Below, piece by piece: positions 24,423-39,070 of a DNA stretch of 64,000 nt. Origin of the DNA: Parasitella parasitica NRRL 2501 (lineage: Eukaryota; Fungi; Mucoromycota). The DNA lies in contig MU619307.1 of the NCBI GenBank assembly GCA_025201805.1, positions 1 through 64,000 on the forward strand, in the 5' to 3' direction. The translations under genes were made by a program, and so were the position numbers. Below the pieces are notes generated by a model that did not search any database, was not told the origin of the DNA, and saw only the letters and a list, made by a program, of their open reading frames with translations. The stretch's first letter is position 1. Every line of letters starts with the position of its first letter.

Positions 24423-26251
24423 TAAATACCAATACTAATAAAACATAACATACATACTATGTATTATATTATAAAAAAACACGCCGAGAGATTTAAGCAG
24501 CTTTTTCACATCTACTTGTAATACAATTTTCACATAGTAATAATGAAAATTGATGATCATGTACTGGTGTTTTTAACAATAAAATATTTCATTTATCAGG
24601 TAATTTAACCATCATGATTCTCTTCTACCAAACATTCTTTTTGCGATTGCTCTCTCGATTGGCCCGTATCCTTGATGTTTTTTGTATATATGCTTGCTAG
24701 CATGGAGGAGTAGGGCATGGCTCCAATAGGCAAAATAACAATTATTTTGATATGAATCTTTAGCTTGGATGCTGGAGAATATAGGTAGTAAGAAATTCAT
24801 CTAATAATGAACAAGCACTGATGGCTTTAAATTCTCTAGTACAAGTTAAAAATTTGAAAAAGTCTTATTGCTAAAAGAAAAACCGTTCGAACATGATTTT
24901 TTAGGATCAAATCTCTCCTTTGATCACTATTGAATTATCTCTTCTTTTTTTTTTGGGGAAGATTACTAATGGCAATGCCTTTCATACGAAAACTTATAAC
25001 AAGAATATTCACAGATTCTGTTATTCCAAAAGTAAGAATAAAATATAATCATTTATAATCCAATGGTCGTGTCCATCATAATATTGGCAATATTAATGCT
25101 ATCAATGATGCATTCTCATATAGGTCCTTACTACTTAACTTCCTTTCTGTATAAAAATCGAATAATGTTTCCTTAGCTGAACAAAGCGAAATTCCTTACT
25201 GGAATAGCTTTTAGTGTGCAGTCAAGTACCGTTCGGCCAATTTGTAGCGACTAAATCCAATGGCATCCCACTGAAATGCATTGTTTAATGCCTTTTGAAA
25301 ACCAAAGTTGATATCTACCTCTATTTTCATTTCACTGCATATAGTCTGCCCTGAATATAGATATGGACACATCACATCTCAACACTGCACATAAAAATGT
25401 AAAAACATATAGCCCTACACGACTACTGCGGCTTTTTACTAAGCAGACGTTTGCTTTCTTTTTTGACAGACATGAAAATATTGTGAAACATATTTTTCTG
25501 ATGTGTGAAATTTTTTTCTTTATACAGTTTAGTGGATTTTGCAAGATGATCAATTGTTGGTTTACTTTTGGATTTGCCATCCGCCCAGTTCGATTGCATT
25601 ATTCTGGTTGTTGTGTAACAAAAAGCTTGTGCAACATGCATACAAAAAAAAAGAGTTAATGGTTTAGCCATGTCATGAACAATAAAAAGGAAAATCTTTG
25701 AATTTTAAATTGATTAAACGGCTGATTTGTTATTCGTTTTATACCGGTTGTATTTCTCATGGATCATTTGAGAAAAATATATAGTAGAGGTAACGTGGTT
25801 TCTTTTTGTCTGGACAATTCTTTCAGCATGCGAGCCACGTTCTGATGGATCGAAAACGTACAACTATAAACAAAAAAGGTGGGGGTCTGAATACGGTATG
25901 AAAATGCTTGGGATTTTGAGGAAATGCAGTTATTTTCTTATAACATCTTGAAACTATCTTATACTTATTTTGGCTATCAAATCTGAAACGAGGAAAGCAT
26001 CTTTCAGGGAGAATAAGAATAAGCATTTACCTTCACTATCGGTAAAGTAAAAAGTGCTCCGCGTTAATGTTTGGTGATTTTGTAAGCAAAAGGCAGAATA
26101 TATCTAAAAACAAATTTAAGCTTTCTGATCTTTTCCGTAACACAGCCTCTAGGTCTGGCGGAACCAATAGTAAAGAGAAAGTTTATTAGATGTAAAAAGT
26201 ATATATATGGTATAAGGACAAGTTGATATAAAACAGAATGATAATATACAG

Positions 26252-27074
26252 TTAGCAGGATTTATCAGAATCTCTACGGCCAGGACGAACTTGCAATGAT
26301 TTAGGTTCGTCCATGGCAACAGGCAATCGCACCATTGGAGTCATGGTAGCCATCTGGTCTTTGCTTAAAATGATTTGACCTTGAGATACGAATCCAAATC
26401 TCTCAAAAAACTTGACAGTTTGATAATCGGTCGTTTCAACGTACACGGGATAATGACATTCATCGGCCTTGTCTAGTACGTACTCGACCAAGGCAGTACC
26501 AAGCCCCTTGTTTTGTTCTTGTGGTAAGATACCGATGAATCCGATAACGATGTGCTTGGGACTATCGGCCATGATTTTGCGACGTATTTTATCGGCAGAT
26601 ACAGCATTCAATTTAAGAAAGGCTTTCAGGGCTGCTGTCCAGCCTAACAAACGGGCGTATTTGAATGTATTGATGGTCTGTGACCAAGAGAAAAGTTGAG
26701 AGCGATTTGACCAGATCAAGACACCTTTACAACCGTCTACTTGAACGGCAAAATCTCGACTTTGGAGAGATGCAACATTAATCATGTTTTTAAATAGGTT
26801 TTTAAGAAATTCGTCTCTTTTAAACTGATCCAAATTACGAGCAGACCATTCGAGGGACTTGTTGGAGACATAGGCATCTGTCAAAGTATGAGACGCTTCA
26901 TCCATGGCACCTTTTTTTTTTAAAAAAAAAAAAAAAATCAATTTAATACAAGTTGATTTCGGATGACTTGTAAAGCCAACCTTTGATAATAGGTCGCACA
27001 TTGATTTGATGGTGGTCCAAATTGACAGTGAGCTTTCTTGAAACCTGCTTTTCAGCAACAGCAGCGACAGCCAT
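26252..27074 (-). CDS. GNAT-family acetyltransferase, 2 exons
   Basis: IGILPQEQNKGLGTALV acetyl-CoA motif, PVYVET, FFERFGF; exon 1 MAVAAVAEKQ... spliced in frame. Confidence 0.85.
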
Positions 27075-27548
27075 TAGAGTGTAAAAAAGAAGAAAAAAGA
27101 GGTAATGGTGTAGATCTGCTTTCAACAAACCTTTTTAAAGCTTTTTAAACCTTTTTTTTTTAAAAAGGAGTTTTGATCTATGGTAAAAATCATCTCAAAT
27201 CAAAAGTTTTTTTTTTTTTTTTTCCCTCATTGTGGCACGAAAGACTAAGAGTCTCGACCTTTTTACAGTGCCTGAAACTTAAAAAATAAAGTTAGCTTTA
27301 GTTGACATATTCCAAACTTCAACAGAGACATTCATAAGAGTAGCACGGACTTTATCTCATATCTGATCGCAATACAATCCAAAATAAAGGTGATTTATGG
27401 TAAATTTACCATAGATCATCAATCATAGAAATTGGCATTGATTATTTTCTTCTTTTCATTATACAAATTATATTATCTATCCCTTTTACCTATTTTTACA
27501 GTGTCTCCCAAGAATACTTCTTTTCTCAATAATCCTGCTAGTGAATGA

Positions 27549-27931
27549 CACCTTATTGAGGAAGCTGAAGCAAAAATCCAGAAGGAACCTCAAATCTCAA
27601 GTAAAGAAATTAGCCGACAATCTGTAGCTCCAGTATCTCAATCTCAGGAAACAAACGATCCAACTAGTCGTGAACGGGGACGTCCACCAGAGGCCACCAG
27701 CACTGCTCCATCCATTGAGAAGGACAGCACTCCACTCTCTGAGACACAATAAAAATGGAGGTATATTAATACCACGGTATTTGCTCAAGGGGATCCGATG
27801 CTGAAGCAAGCGCTTTTGCAGCTCAACAGATATGAAACTCTAACCGCATACACGTATCCATCGGAGTGCTGGATGGTACATACTTGATTTCATCGTATTA
27901 TCCAAAATTTTGCTGATTATTTGAAAGTTTA
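27549..27931 (+). pseudogene. Decayed coding-like segment of unknown origin
   Basis: Frame 3 reads HLIEEAEAKIQKEP...RERGRPP...*KWRYINTT...*FHRII with few stops; no family recognised. Confidence 0.25.
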
Positions 27932-28954
27932 GAGGTCCTAAGACAGTTATAAGCATCGTTTTGCACCAATTTCCCATATACTGTGGGAAGAGCCCTCAAT
28001 AACCATGCCTGTTAATAAGTAACGACACCAACTTTTATTTTGCTTGCATGCATTAGCTCACCATGCAAACAGCACCAATCAAGTCAAACAGTTTATTCGG
28101 TCGCTAGCAACTAGTTGGAACGATACTTGAAGTTTCGACCCAACTCTTTGTTACAATGGGCTCTCCTTTAATACATAGACGTTGCTAATATCTACAAGCA
28201 CCTTAGCATACCTGAATGATACATGTAGGTCATTTGATTTTATGGTAATGCGTGATATTGAGCAAAATCAAGTGTATGAGAGTTGCTTTACGGCAGCCAT
28301 GCTGATGTCAAGTTGTCAATAATATTTTATATATGTTTAAATCAACTTTTCCAAAGTTTCTTGTAACAATGATCTGTTTTAAAGCTGTTTGACAACTCTT
28401 AAAAAATCTGCGATAAAATACTATAAATTTCTATGTATAAGGTGCTCAAGTTATAAGAATTATCCTCCAAATACTTCTTTCTTTTACATTTTTTCTGATA
28501 CTTTTATATTTCTTTCAAATTGTCCCTTCACCAACGAAAAAGAAGAGACTTTTACTATAGCATTAGCAATGCTCGTAAATGGTAAAGGAAAGAATTTAGA
28601 AGGAATTGATACCTGGACATCCTTGTTTCAATGAACGCAAGTTATGGAAATTCATGGATGTATAGCCAAATCAACTCTTGTGTGATGAATTTTATCAATC
28701 TGTTGTTTCTACAGCATTTCAAACAATGCAGCATATATTAAGAATATTATAGTTATGAAATAAATGAATAGAAATCAATTTCTTTGAACCGTTTCATGCA
28801 CATCATCATATACCGTACAATCTAAAACTCTTGATAGTAACTGTTGCGCATTTACAGCAGGTAATTAAATTTTTTACAGGGCCGACAAGGCAACAACAAG
28901 TTTTCATGGTTGGGTATTGAGCAATACCGCAGCGTTCATCTTTTTCTTTTTTCA

Positions 28955-31900
28955 ATGAGCTCAATTTTTAAAGCTATTCGAGACAATGACACCCAACTGT
29001 TTAGCTATTTTATCCAACTGTCTGCAAATGAACGTCCTTCATCAACCGTCTCCAAGCAAGATCGTCAATGGATACACCATCAATTAAAGATCTCGGGCCA
29101 GAAACTGTTTGATTTGAATAAACGTTCTTCTAGAGGAAAGACAGCATTGCATTACGCTGCTACTTGGAATAGGCTAGAAATGGCATCACAGTTGATCAGC
29201 TTGCCTCATGTTGATGTCAACTTGCGTGACAGAGAGAATGGGTGGACCGCACTGCATAGGTAAGAGCAAAGGTGGGTCACCATGCGGCATTATTCCTAAC
29301 TACGCCATTTTTTAGATGCCTTTATTTCGGAAATCTCGAGATTGCAAGAATGCTATTGAAACGTCAGGATATCGATCTTCATGTCAAGGATTGGGAGGGG
29401 TTGGAAGCCTTTGAATTGTATAATCTCACTATATCGAATACTTTGCCCACCGAAAGATTTTTAAAGAAGGATGGAGTACATGCGAGAAAAGGTGGGACAG
29501 ATCTATATACTTGGGGACAGAATGCAAATTACGTCCTAGGACATCTAGACACTGAAAATAAAACAAAACCGGAACGTGTCAGACTACAATTAGAGTCGCA
29601 AAAATCGCCATTCATCATGCAAAGACCAAACTACCTAATCGAGACAGTTGCCATGTCAAAATATCATATGGGAATCTTGACCACAGAAAGTAATAACAAT
29701 CTGCTAGTGTGTGGATTTGGTAGCGGCGGTAGATTAGGGACGGGTAAGGAATCGGACACACAGTTTGCTCCTATTCCAGTACAGTGGCCAGAGAGAATCA
29801 CATCTGTCGCGCTGGGGCGAGACCACACGATTGCTGTTACAGACAAGGGTAGTGTCATCTCTTTTGGAAATAACACTTATGGGCAATTAGGTACGTTTCG
29901 TAGCATGTGCGCATATATGCATATGGATCAATTATTGATTGGCTTTTTATACACACACGGAAAAAGGTTACGAAACGGATAATCACAAAAGTAAGAAAGA
30001 GCCAATGCAACTTGTGCCACGCAAAATCCAGGCACAGAGTCTGAAGAAGCAGCCGATAATAGGTGCTGCTGCTTCAAGAGTGCATTCTGTTGTTTACACA
30101 GCAACAGACATATTCACATTTGGTTTCAACCAAGGGCAACTGGGATATCACCAGCCTGACAACGAAAAGTGCCAAGTTGTGCCTAGGAAGGTGAGCATGT
30201 CAACAGAGATCATCCAAGTTGTAGCCAATGTAAGTGAGATTTGTACTGGTACACAATACAATGCATGTTACTGTTTTTAACGCAAGAGACACCATGTAAG
30301 GATAATTGTACAGCTATTCTAAGCGCACCCTTTCAAGTGATTCTATTATGCAACTACACCCAACAAAAGCTATTGTAAGTACTGTATCTTTGTGACATGT
30401 GATTATACCAACGCTCTGCCTACACGCCAGCTTCCCTGTCGATCGATTTCCATCCAACATTACAGTCCATCGTTCAGAACCAACTTCCATTGTAAAACTA
30501 GTGGCAAGCGGCACTGAACATCTAGGTGCCGTGTCAAACACAGGCGACGTTTTTCTGTGGACATGTCGACCTTTTCACCCGAGAAACTCCATTGATTTGA
30601 CTGGAGGCAACAGAAACAGCAAGCTTACACAGTCGACTGCAGTGTCCGCTCCAAAACGCATTTGGCCTCCTCTCAATAAACCGTATTTCGGGGCTGTTGA
30701 TGCAGGCATTGGACAGCGCGGAGAAGTGATTGTTTGTACTTTATCAGGCCATGTATATAAAGGAATGCATTTGGATAAATTCAACCAAATACCCCACTTA
30801 CAACGGTGTGTCAGAGTGTGTGCCAATTCCAGTGGTGCTTATGCTGCCATTCGATCAGAGCATTTGTTGCCGCCTATAGAAAACATTGCAGACTCTACTC
30901 TTCAGCATGATTTATCGACATCATTACCGCATATAAACGCAGGCAAGGAACTCCATATGCAACTGTCAACATTTATCCAGGCATTGACGATGGAGTGCGA
31001 GCAACAGGCCCAGAAATGCAAGCTAGGCCCAGAAGTAGATCAGGACTATGTATCCAAGCAACAGCAGATTATTAGGCAAAAATACAGCCAACGTATTGCT
31101 TCTGCATTGGATCATGCGTGGCGTCGTAGCGATGAATTAGGCATGACAGATAGACTGTTGGATGTCGTGTTTTGTGTTGGTGTACGAAGCATCTATTGCC
31201 ATAGTGCCGTCTTGCGATGCCGAACCGACATATTCAACCAGCTGGCGAAATGTGCCGATCGTTGTAGTGCTCCATCCACAATGAACGGAATCGCCATTAG
31301 ACTAGAAAAGCGGCCTGATAGCGGTAGAATAGCCATCCATCTCGATCATTGTCAAGTAGCAGCCGTTTTACTGCTATTAGATTACATCTATACAGACCAA
31401 TACGAGCATCCTATGAACGCATTTTTTCAAATTCCTGACTTGTGTTTTGCTGACGTTGATTCATTCACAGACAAAAGATCAATCCATACAGCAGCCCGTC
31501 AAATTCAGCGTGATTTGGTTGCATTAGCCACTGTATTCGGGCTACCACACTTGCTCTCATCAGCACAGCAACCATTCAGTCATACGCCTGTTCCTTCATT
31601 GACAGATGATTTGAAGCTGATGCTCGACAAGGCCAAAGGTACGGATATCTTTATTCAAATAGCAGAAAATGAGCCTCCTTCAGAGTGCCATCAGATTATA
31701 TTGCGGCAACGGTGTCCATATTTTGGCAATCTACTCAAGCCTGGGTCAGTTTGGACATCAGAGAAAAAGCGTGTGCAAGTCAATCTGGATCACATTTCAA
31801 AGGAGGTGATGGATACCATCATTCGCTTTATATACACGGATCAGGACAAGTCCACGTTGTTCAGCTATATCCAGCAGGATCAAGAGGAATCCATGATTCA

Positions 31901-33456
31901 GTTCCTGCTTGCGTTTCTTTGCGAAGCGGATTTTCTTTTACTGGGCAGATTAAAGTCTATCACAGAGCAAGTGCTTGTTCCGTTCATCAAGCTTAGATCA
32001 GCAACAACTATATTTGAATATGCAGACGTGTGTTTGGCCGACTCGCTCAAAAGGTCATGCCTAGAGTTTATCAGTGTAAATTTGCCCGTCTTTCTCGACT
32101 CAAACATGTTTGACTCGATTGCAGATTCGCTGGTACGGGACCTGGAGGCTTATGTAAGGCAATCACAAATGAATAAAATGCCTTTTGCACCTAGACGACA
32201 AGGAAATCATGCTGATTTGGACATTCAACAGCAACAGCAAGAAGAAGAACAAGAAGACATTGAATTCTCCAGTTCTTTGTATGCGCTATCCAGAGGTGAC
32301 GGTAGTGCTGTCACCTACGATGAAGTGTTATATACCTTATATCCAGCGAAACCTTCATTGGCCAGACAAAAGTCAGAGCAATCAACCAGTGTCGCTGATG
32401 AACCGCATTCAAAGCACCTATCGACAGTTTCAACCACAAACGCTAGAATAAAGAGAGGCACAAAAGTGCAGCTTAATGATCTCGAGAGTGAATTGAGTCT
32501 GATTGCCGCTGCTACTACTCCACAAAGACGCCAGTCCTTGGCAGGATGGGGAACAATGGCCGCAACAACCATGTTAGAGTGAGTATTACAAGTATCCTGT
32601 TTTGATGCATTGCAGTGAACATATTGAATGCATATAGGTCAGCCGTAAAGCCGTCTTTAAGAGAGATCATCGAGATAGAAAATCAAACAGGCACTGCATT
32701 GATAAAGAATCAAAAGGTGAGCCTTGTCGTTTTTTTTGTTTTGTTTTGTTTTTAGCTCCAAGCTGTTTACCAATACAAACACACAGTCTGCAATCCCTAA
32801 AAAGACGTCGCAGAAAGAACGAAGGCGCCTCGCTCAACAGCAAGAGCATTCTGCTGGTGCTTCTGCTGCTTCTGCTTCTGCTGGCGAGTCTTGTTCTTCC
32901 TCTGCCAAGCCAGTTTGGGGAAAGACACCTATTACCAAAGTAAAACCAATGACGAAAACCATGTGCGAATCAGAAACTTGTAGCAGCAAAGAGCCCTTGT
33001 CTGCTCCTTCAAGCAACATTGCAGCAGACATGAAAGGGAAAAAAATGTAAGTTTACATTCAGTATTTCCGGCGATGCAGCAATTCATCTTGTTTCCACCA
33101 GATACGTTTCTGAATCCCTCCTAGAACACGTAGATCAATACAACAACACGCCCACTGTTCGCGAAATTAGACCCCTATACAACCCGAGAGATAGTTTAGG
33201 CCCATCGTTCAGATTAACGCCTATTCATCGACACACCAGCAGCGTCTCACAAAACGATAAAGCACCTTCAAAAAGGTCGTTCCAATCCATTCTAAAGCAA
33301 CAAGAATTAGAGGACCACTGGCGCAAAGACAACAGACCAAAAAAGAGCGTTGCACTTATTCAAAAAGAAGAGCAAGCTTTGACTGGCATAGGGCAGTATC
33401 AGGTGCAAACACTAAACGTTTTAAGCGGTGAATGGTTCGAAATTGAAAGGCTTTGA
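28955..33456 (+). CDS. Ankyrin + RCC1 + BTB/POZ domain protein (IBtk/Btb1-like), multi-exon
   Basis: GKTALHYAA and ENGWTALHR ankyrin repeats; LYTWGQNANYVLG, GFGSGGRLG, FGNNTYGQLG RCC1 repeats; two BTB domains (CHSAVLRCR, CHQIILRQRCPYF); GT-AG introns link the ORFs. Confidence 0.9.
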
Positions 33457-33976
33457 GCTTTGGTATTTTGCCTGATGTATCCACATCTTTTGATATAGTA
33501 AACATTGTGTGAAATGTAGAATATTTGGCTTTCCTGTAGGTAATCTAGCTTAATACTCAATACGCTGCTACAGTTGGCTTTTTGATTACGTGCCTCATTT
33601 GAAGAGCCTAGGTCAATCTTGCGTATACATAAAATTGGGCTTATTGAGACAACCCAAGAACAGAATTCTTGGTCCATTTCATGATAATAATAGGAATTTC
33701 TTTTTCAGAATCTATCAGTGCAGCCGCTGAAATATATATACATTTATATATATTCTCTCTCTATATATATATATGTATTTGTTATTCAACTTTGAATGCG
33801 GTTCAAAACGACAGGGCAGACCATCGAATACATGGCCTTCTTCCAAATACCTCGGTTGTAAAAGAACATGTACAAATCCCAGTACAGACTATGGCCACTG
33901 TTGGTTCAGAATCGAATTTAATACATATATCATTTCTTGCTTATACATCGAGTTTCTTTCTCATTCTATCTACAAC

Positions 33977-34510
33977 ATGTATATACCAAACATAAGAATA
34001 TCAACCTCTCTAGCTACAATATGTTGTGTTGCAGCTGCACAGGCAGCATCTCTGTTTCAGCACGCAAAACGAGACACATGTAATGATCCAAGTCTAGGCT
34101 ATTTTATTACGCCAGATGCAATAACTGGGGACCAAGCGTTTGGATATTGCCAATCATTGGGTGGAAGACTAGCCGACGTTAACGCTCAAAACTTGAGAAT
34201 GCTAACAGCATTTATCAATGATTGTCTGGGCCCTAATAGCCGCATTCGAATTCAAACGTGGGACACAAATACGTTTGGCACATCTGGCTTAGCCATGTTT
34301 ACAGGACCTACATCTGGCTACGGAACTGTGAATATCGCAGCAAATGGAGATGCATTATATGCCCTTTGTGCCGTGCTGCATAGTGACACACCCGTTTCAG
34401 CTACTGTGAATAACACGTTCCTTGTTGAGCCGGACAGAGTGCAAATACCTGAGGGGGAAGACACTGGCGATGATGAAGAAGATGGAGACTATGATGTTAT
34501 TCAAGAATAA
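33977..34510 (+). CDS. Secreted protein with C-type-lectin-like fold and acidic tail
   Basis: Signal peptide MYIPNIRISTSLATICCVAAAQA, KR site, C..GYFIT..ITGDQAFGYCQSLGGRLADV...ALYALC pattern. Confidence 0.6.
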   Translation: MYIPNIRISTSLATICCVAAAQAASLFQHAKRDTCNDPSLGYFITPDAITGDQAFGYCQSLGGRLADVNAQNLRMLTAFINDCLGPNSRIRIQTWDTNTFGTSGLAMFTGPTSGYGTVNIAANGDALYALCAVLHSDTPVSATVNNTFLVEPDRVQIPEGEDTGDDEEDGDYDVIQE

Positions 34511-34554
34511 AAGAATTTTTTTTTTTTTTTTTTTGAAATAATAAAAAAGGACAT

Positions 34555-36003
34555 TTATTTGAAAGTGAGATTGTATTCATCAGAACGCAATAGCTTGCGA
34601 TTCAACATGAAAAAGACGTCAATTGGCATAGGCACTCGACCAGTGATATCGCGAATATCATTATTAGGAGCCATAGGTGGTAAGCTATTGCGTGCAACCT
34701 TGAAATGATTGAGAATGAGGTGAATGCAGAATGGAGTCAAAGTATCTGCAGGACAGGGATACAGGTCTGAACTATCTTGATGCCCCCGATTCTTGAACAA
34801 AACATCGTGGATGAGAGAGTTGCTCTGCGAGAATAAAGAAGGGATGTCATCAACTTCTCGCAGGATATGTTTAGTATCGTCTTTGACCTTGGAAATCTTG
34901 CCCAAAGTACGATCCAGTTCACTGTTTACAAAGGACTTGTCCTTTCCAGACTTGGCCACAAGCTTCAGGTAGTTTTCAAGCTGCTCATCAGAGATGACAA
35001 CAGCATCTACATCAAATCCACTACCAGCTTCACGAAGTGCTTGAGACGCGGCTTCAGCCATCATCATAAGAGTCTGAGGCTCGCTAGTCAGTTCATAAAC
35101 ACGTTTGATGGCTTTTACTTGTCGATTGTTGTCATCAGAGCTGCTGGACGTGTCTCCATCAGGACCACCTGGAAGAATAGTAGATGCTTGCAAATGGCGA
35201 TGAGGCTCGTGGTAGGCCCAGACCATCGATTTCTTGGAGAGGGAAGCAATAGCAACACAATCAAGGACGTCATTTGCATTGACAGAAATCAACATGTCTT
35301 GTATAGAGATAGGCATGCCCAAAACATTCTTGTTTTCAAACATAAGACTCCAAAAGTACATGTATTGCTGAATAAATGGAATACGATAGACAACCCAAGA
35401 GCCATACTTGAGCTGGTGGTGCATATGAGACTCTAACATGTTGAATTGATCGATGGGCGATTCTTCAAAAGAGGCTTCGACAGCACCTACACCGTAGCTA
35501 ATATGTGCACCCGTCAGTACCCACAAAGTGTATCGATTCAATTTTACGTATTAATACCTTGAAATCATGACAATGCGCTTGACATCCTCGCGAATAGCAA
35601 CATCCAGAACGTTTTTGCCACGCTCTACCATACGACCCATAGTGGCAGCAAAAGGATTAAAGATCATCGTTTTGATGTGGACCTTGACTTGCTCATGAAT
35701 AGTGTGTTGGCTCTCGTAATCCACCTCCTATTTGTGGATACAAACATGTTAGATCAAAAAGCAATCTTTTGAAAAAAGCTCTATATGTGCCTTGACTTCA
35801 ATGCCTCGTTTTTCAAGATGTCTTAGTTTTGTCTTGTCTTGACATAAAACTCGTACAACACGATGCTTGGTCTTTAACTGACCACCGCCCTTGTCCAATT
35901 GATCAGCAATATGCATGGCCATGGCTTGACCAAGGTAAGAATCACCATGGGTGATCAAAATGTACTTTGTTTTTTTTGTGATGGTAATATCAGATGCAGA
36001 CAT
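34555..36003 (-). CDS. NmrA-like/atypical SDR Rossmann-fold protein, multi-exon
   Basis: YILITHGDSYLG beta-alpha start, VRVL...LEKRGIEV, WVVYRIPFIQQ, VNANDV, RVYELT, DITGR.. Confidence 0.7.
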
Positions 36004-36165
36004 TTTTTTTAATGATATCAAGCACGAGAAGAAAAAAGAACCGCTTTATATATACTATGGTTAAAAACAAAAAAAAAAAAAAAAAGCTGGTCTATATCAG
36101 GGCTTACAATGTGTGCGTGAGTAAAACTTGTCGTGAAAAAAAACTTGAAATCAAGATGTATATGT

Positions 36166-38563
36166 CTAAATGGAAGGCAATTCCTCTCTTGTGATTTCGG
36201 GTGGGGACATGTTGCCCTTCTCGGTGAAGGTGCCTGCCTCAGAGACATCGTCGGTAGAAGGCAGTTTCACAAGATGGGGCCATTGGACAAATTCGTCGCC
36301 ATGCTTGAGTGCAAAACGAATGCCTGAAATCAAGACAGAGACCCAGAACAAGAGCAGCAGGAAATATGATGTGTATGACTTGAATCCCGAGTAGTTTGGG
36401 CGGATCACGTTCAATACAAGCATGAATAGAGCAAACATCAAGATGTAGGGCACAACACGGACACGGAGAGCCTTGTTGCTGACGAATGGGCTGACTGCAT
36501 GATCTTGTTCAAGACGGTATTTTCCGAGAAACAAGTCAAATGAATCCTGGCGGGTGCCATCCAAAAAGTTGTTCTTGACATAGCGAGTGATGGAATTCTG
36601 CAGATCTTTCAACGCACCAGCCTTAGTGCGATTACCAGTTCTAGTAAAGTCCGTTTTCAATGCACCAGTACCCGAATACACACAGCTGACGCCATCTGCA
36701 TTGTCAGCCCAGACTACGTGGTAATAGAAATTAGCCATGGCATTAACACAACCCACATTCAAAAACAAACCGTTTCTGTAGCTTTGCATAAATTCTTGTT
36801 GATCCTCCAGCTTTTGATTTGCTTCCAGGATGCCAAGCTCCAGGAGTTGCAGAGTCAAGACGTGTCTACCCAGAGTGCTCTGAACCACATTGGTACGATC
36901 CAAACAATCCATGCAATTGGAGCGCACAACAGAGGTTTGCGTCCTTTTGAGACTTTTTTCAGCTGTGTCGTAATAAGTGTATCCTTGTTCGCTCAGTCTG
37001 TCCTTTAATTGATCCACCAGCAATTGGATGCGATGCCAGCGCATCTTGGAGCATTCAGAATGGAAATCAAAGTGCGTGTAGTAAATACGAGGATCATTCA
37101 GCTGCTCGACAGTGCGAGCATAGGCCTGGCCCATTGGAAGCTCGTAGCCTTTCTTGTTGATCAAGTTGACCAGGATCTGAGGACCGTAGATGCGGATTTG
37201 TTCATCAAAATGGGCACGAGCCGCCGCCAACTAGTGAACGGTAAGTAAGCCTGTCATTTTCGCAGCGAGAACTTACACTTTTTCTACTTTCGCCGATCCA
37301 CAAACGTGGCGTATATTTGAGATTGATCACTTGCGCCCAATAAACAGGAATTGAGCCACGAGTCTGCACATACGAGAGCTCGACCTCCCCAACGATATTT
37401 TCACCATTAGATCCACCGTCGTACAGGACAATTTGCTCAGTTTCGACAAAATTAGAAACATGGCCCTGTGCGTCGATACCACGTGAAAAATAGCGGGTGC
37501 CTGGACGATGTCTGCTTCTACGAGTGATCAAACCCCATGCAAAATTCTTGTTGTTGATTTTGCATTGATCCAACTCCACGACTTTATGATTATCAGTGCA
37601 TTTGTCTCGCAAAAGTACAATTTTCACTTACATCCTTGCAGTACAGGCAAAATAAAGTTAGAGGCCTACGCTCTCTCTCCTATCAGCACGGGATATCGCT
37701 TTTTTTTTTTTTTTTTCATAAAAACAAGCACTTACGTCAAATTTAGCATCAATCAGTTTGCTAGCTACAAACCTATTCCAAAAGAAACGCTCGTCTGCCT
37801 AGGAATAAAAACACAGTTCAATCGTCGATTTCTCGCCCCTCCTTGATACGCCGCAAATCTCTTACTCTTTTGTATAACGGTTCTGCCAATTTTTCGCTGC
37901 TGAATCGAGCTTGTCTCTGGATGGACTGCGTCAAATCATAGTCATACGAAAAGTAGAACGTATTGTTCTTGAGATGAGATTCGAGCAGGTTGACAAATGT
38001 TTGTTCCTGGAGTTTCTAAACATGATATTGAGTGACCTTGCTTTGTCCATTGCACTCTTTGCCGCACTTTACCTGATCCTCGTTTAATTTGCCCAAGTCC
38101 TGAGCCAAAGGTAGGATTTGGAAACCACCTACGCGATAGATGAATTTGCCTTGGATGGAACCAATTTGCTCGCGTTTAGTGATGGTCAGCATGTAATCGC
38201 CTAACAAACAATATTAGCTTGGTGTTCCTTCCAGCCCAAGAATTGTGCATTACCTGCCAAAAGCTTAATAAAACCCAAAATGCCGTGTACATTCAACGTG
38301 TTTTCTTGTTCACTAGCCAGAGGGATTGTTTCTGCTCCCAAAACGGATTAGTAACCCATCCTCCTCCCAAGTCAGGTTATTATTATCCTACCAGTTAATT
38401 CTATAGCACCAGTATCGCGGTGAACTGTTAAATTGGAGCCTGTCTCAGGAGCAAAGACATAGGCCTTTCTTGTAATATACCTAGTTACATGATGTTTCAA
38501 TACCTATAAATCATACGATTGTTTGCTATCATTGACTCACAGCTTCAAGTTTTGGTACATCAT
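36166..38563 (-). CDS. SAC1: Sac1 phosphoinositide phosphatase, multi-exon
   Basis: LITRRS..RPGTRYFSRGID..GHVSNFVETEQ, QTRGSIP, RSNCMDCLDRTNVVQ (CX5R), GTGALKTDFTRTG, two C-terminal transmembrane helices. Confidence 0.95.
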
Positions 38564-39070
38564 TAAGCGGTTTTTTTTTTAAAAAAAAAGGAGAAAGACA
38601 CAGCATATGCCCGACTAGCTTTTATAGCTTATTCGGACACTGTAATTTCCAAATGATGATGCTGGCCAGTAAAAGAACACAAGTAGAAACATGTGTGGAC
38701 GCTTGCCTATAGACGAATAAAGTAGTGGGCCTCTTCTCCACTACCAAGCAGGGGAAACAGAAACAGAGAAGCTGGAATAGAATTCGAGGAGGAGGGGGGG
38801 GGGCATCCCATAGTTTTATCAAGATCAGTCCGAGCTTTTTTTTTTTTCTTATGTAACTATCAAAAGTTGTGTCAGCAAATAAAAGGGCCTGCGTATGCTG
38901 TATGCTATAACTCTCACACGCATTATAGCACTCAAGCTCATCATAAGCATGTTTGTTTATGTCTAGTATACAGGGCATATGCCTCGGCTAATTAAACCTT
39001 AAATTTCGACTAGACATTTGAAAGATGTTTATGTAGAAAAGCAAAAAAGAGGTATAATAATAATTTACAA

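Noticed and set aside
24600-26050. Short minus-strand ORFs suggesting a decayed repeat-family gene
   Set aside because: No motif could be assigned with confidence.
34867-35436. Long antisense ORFs (also 14223-14690, 16133-16609 and others)
   Set aside because: Shadow ORFs opposite well-supported genes.
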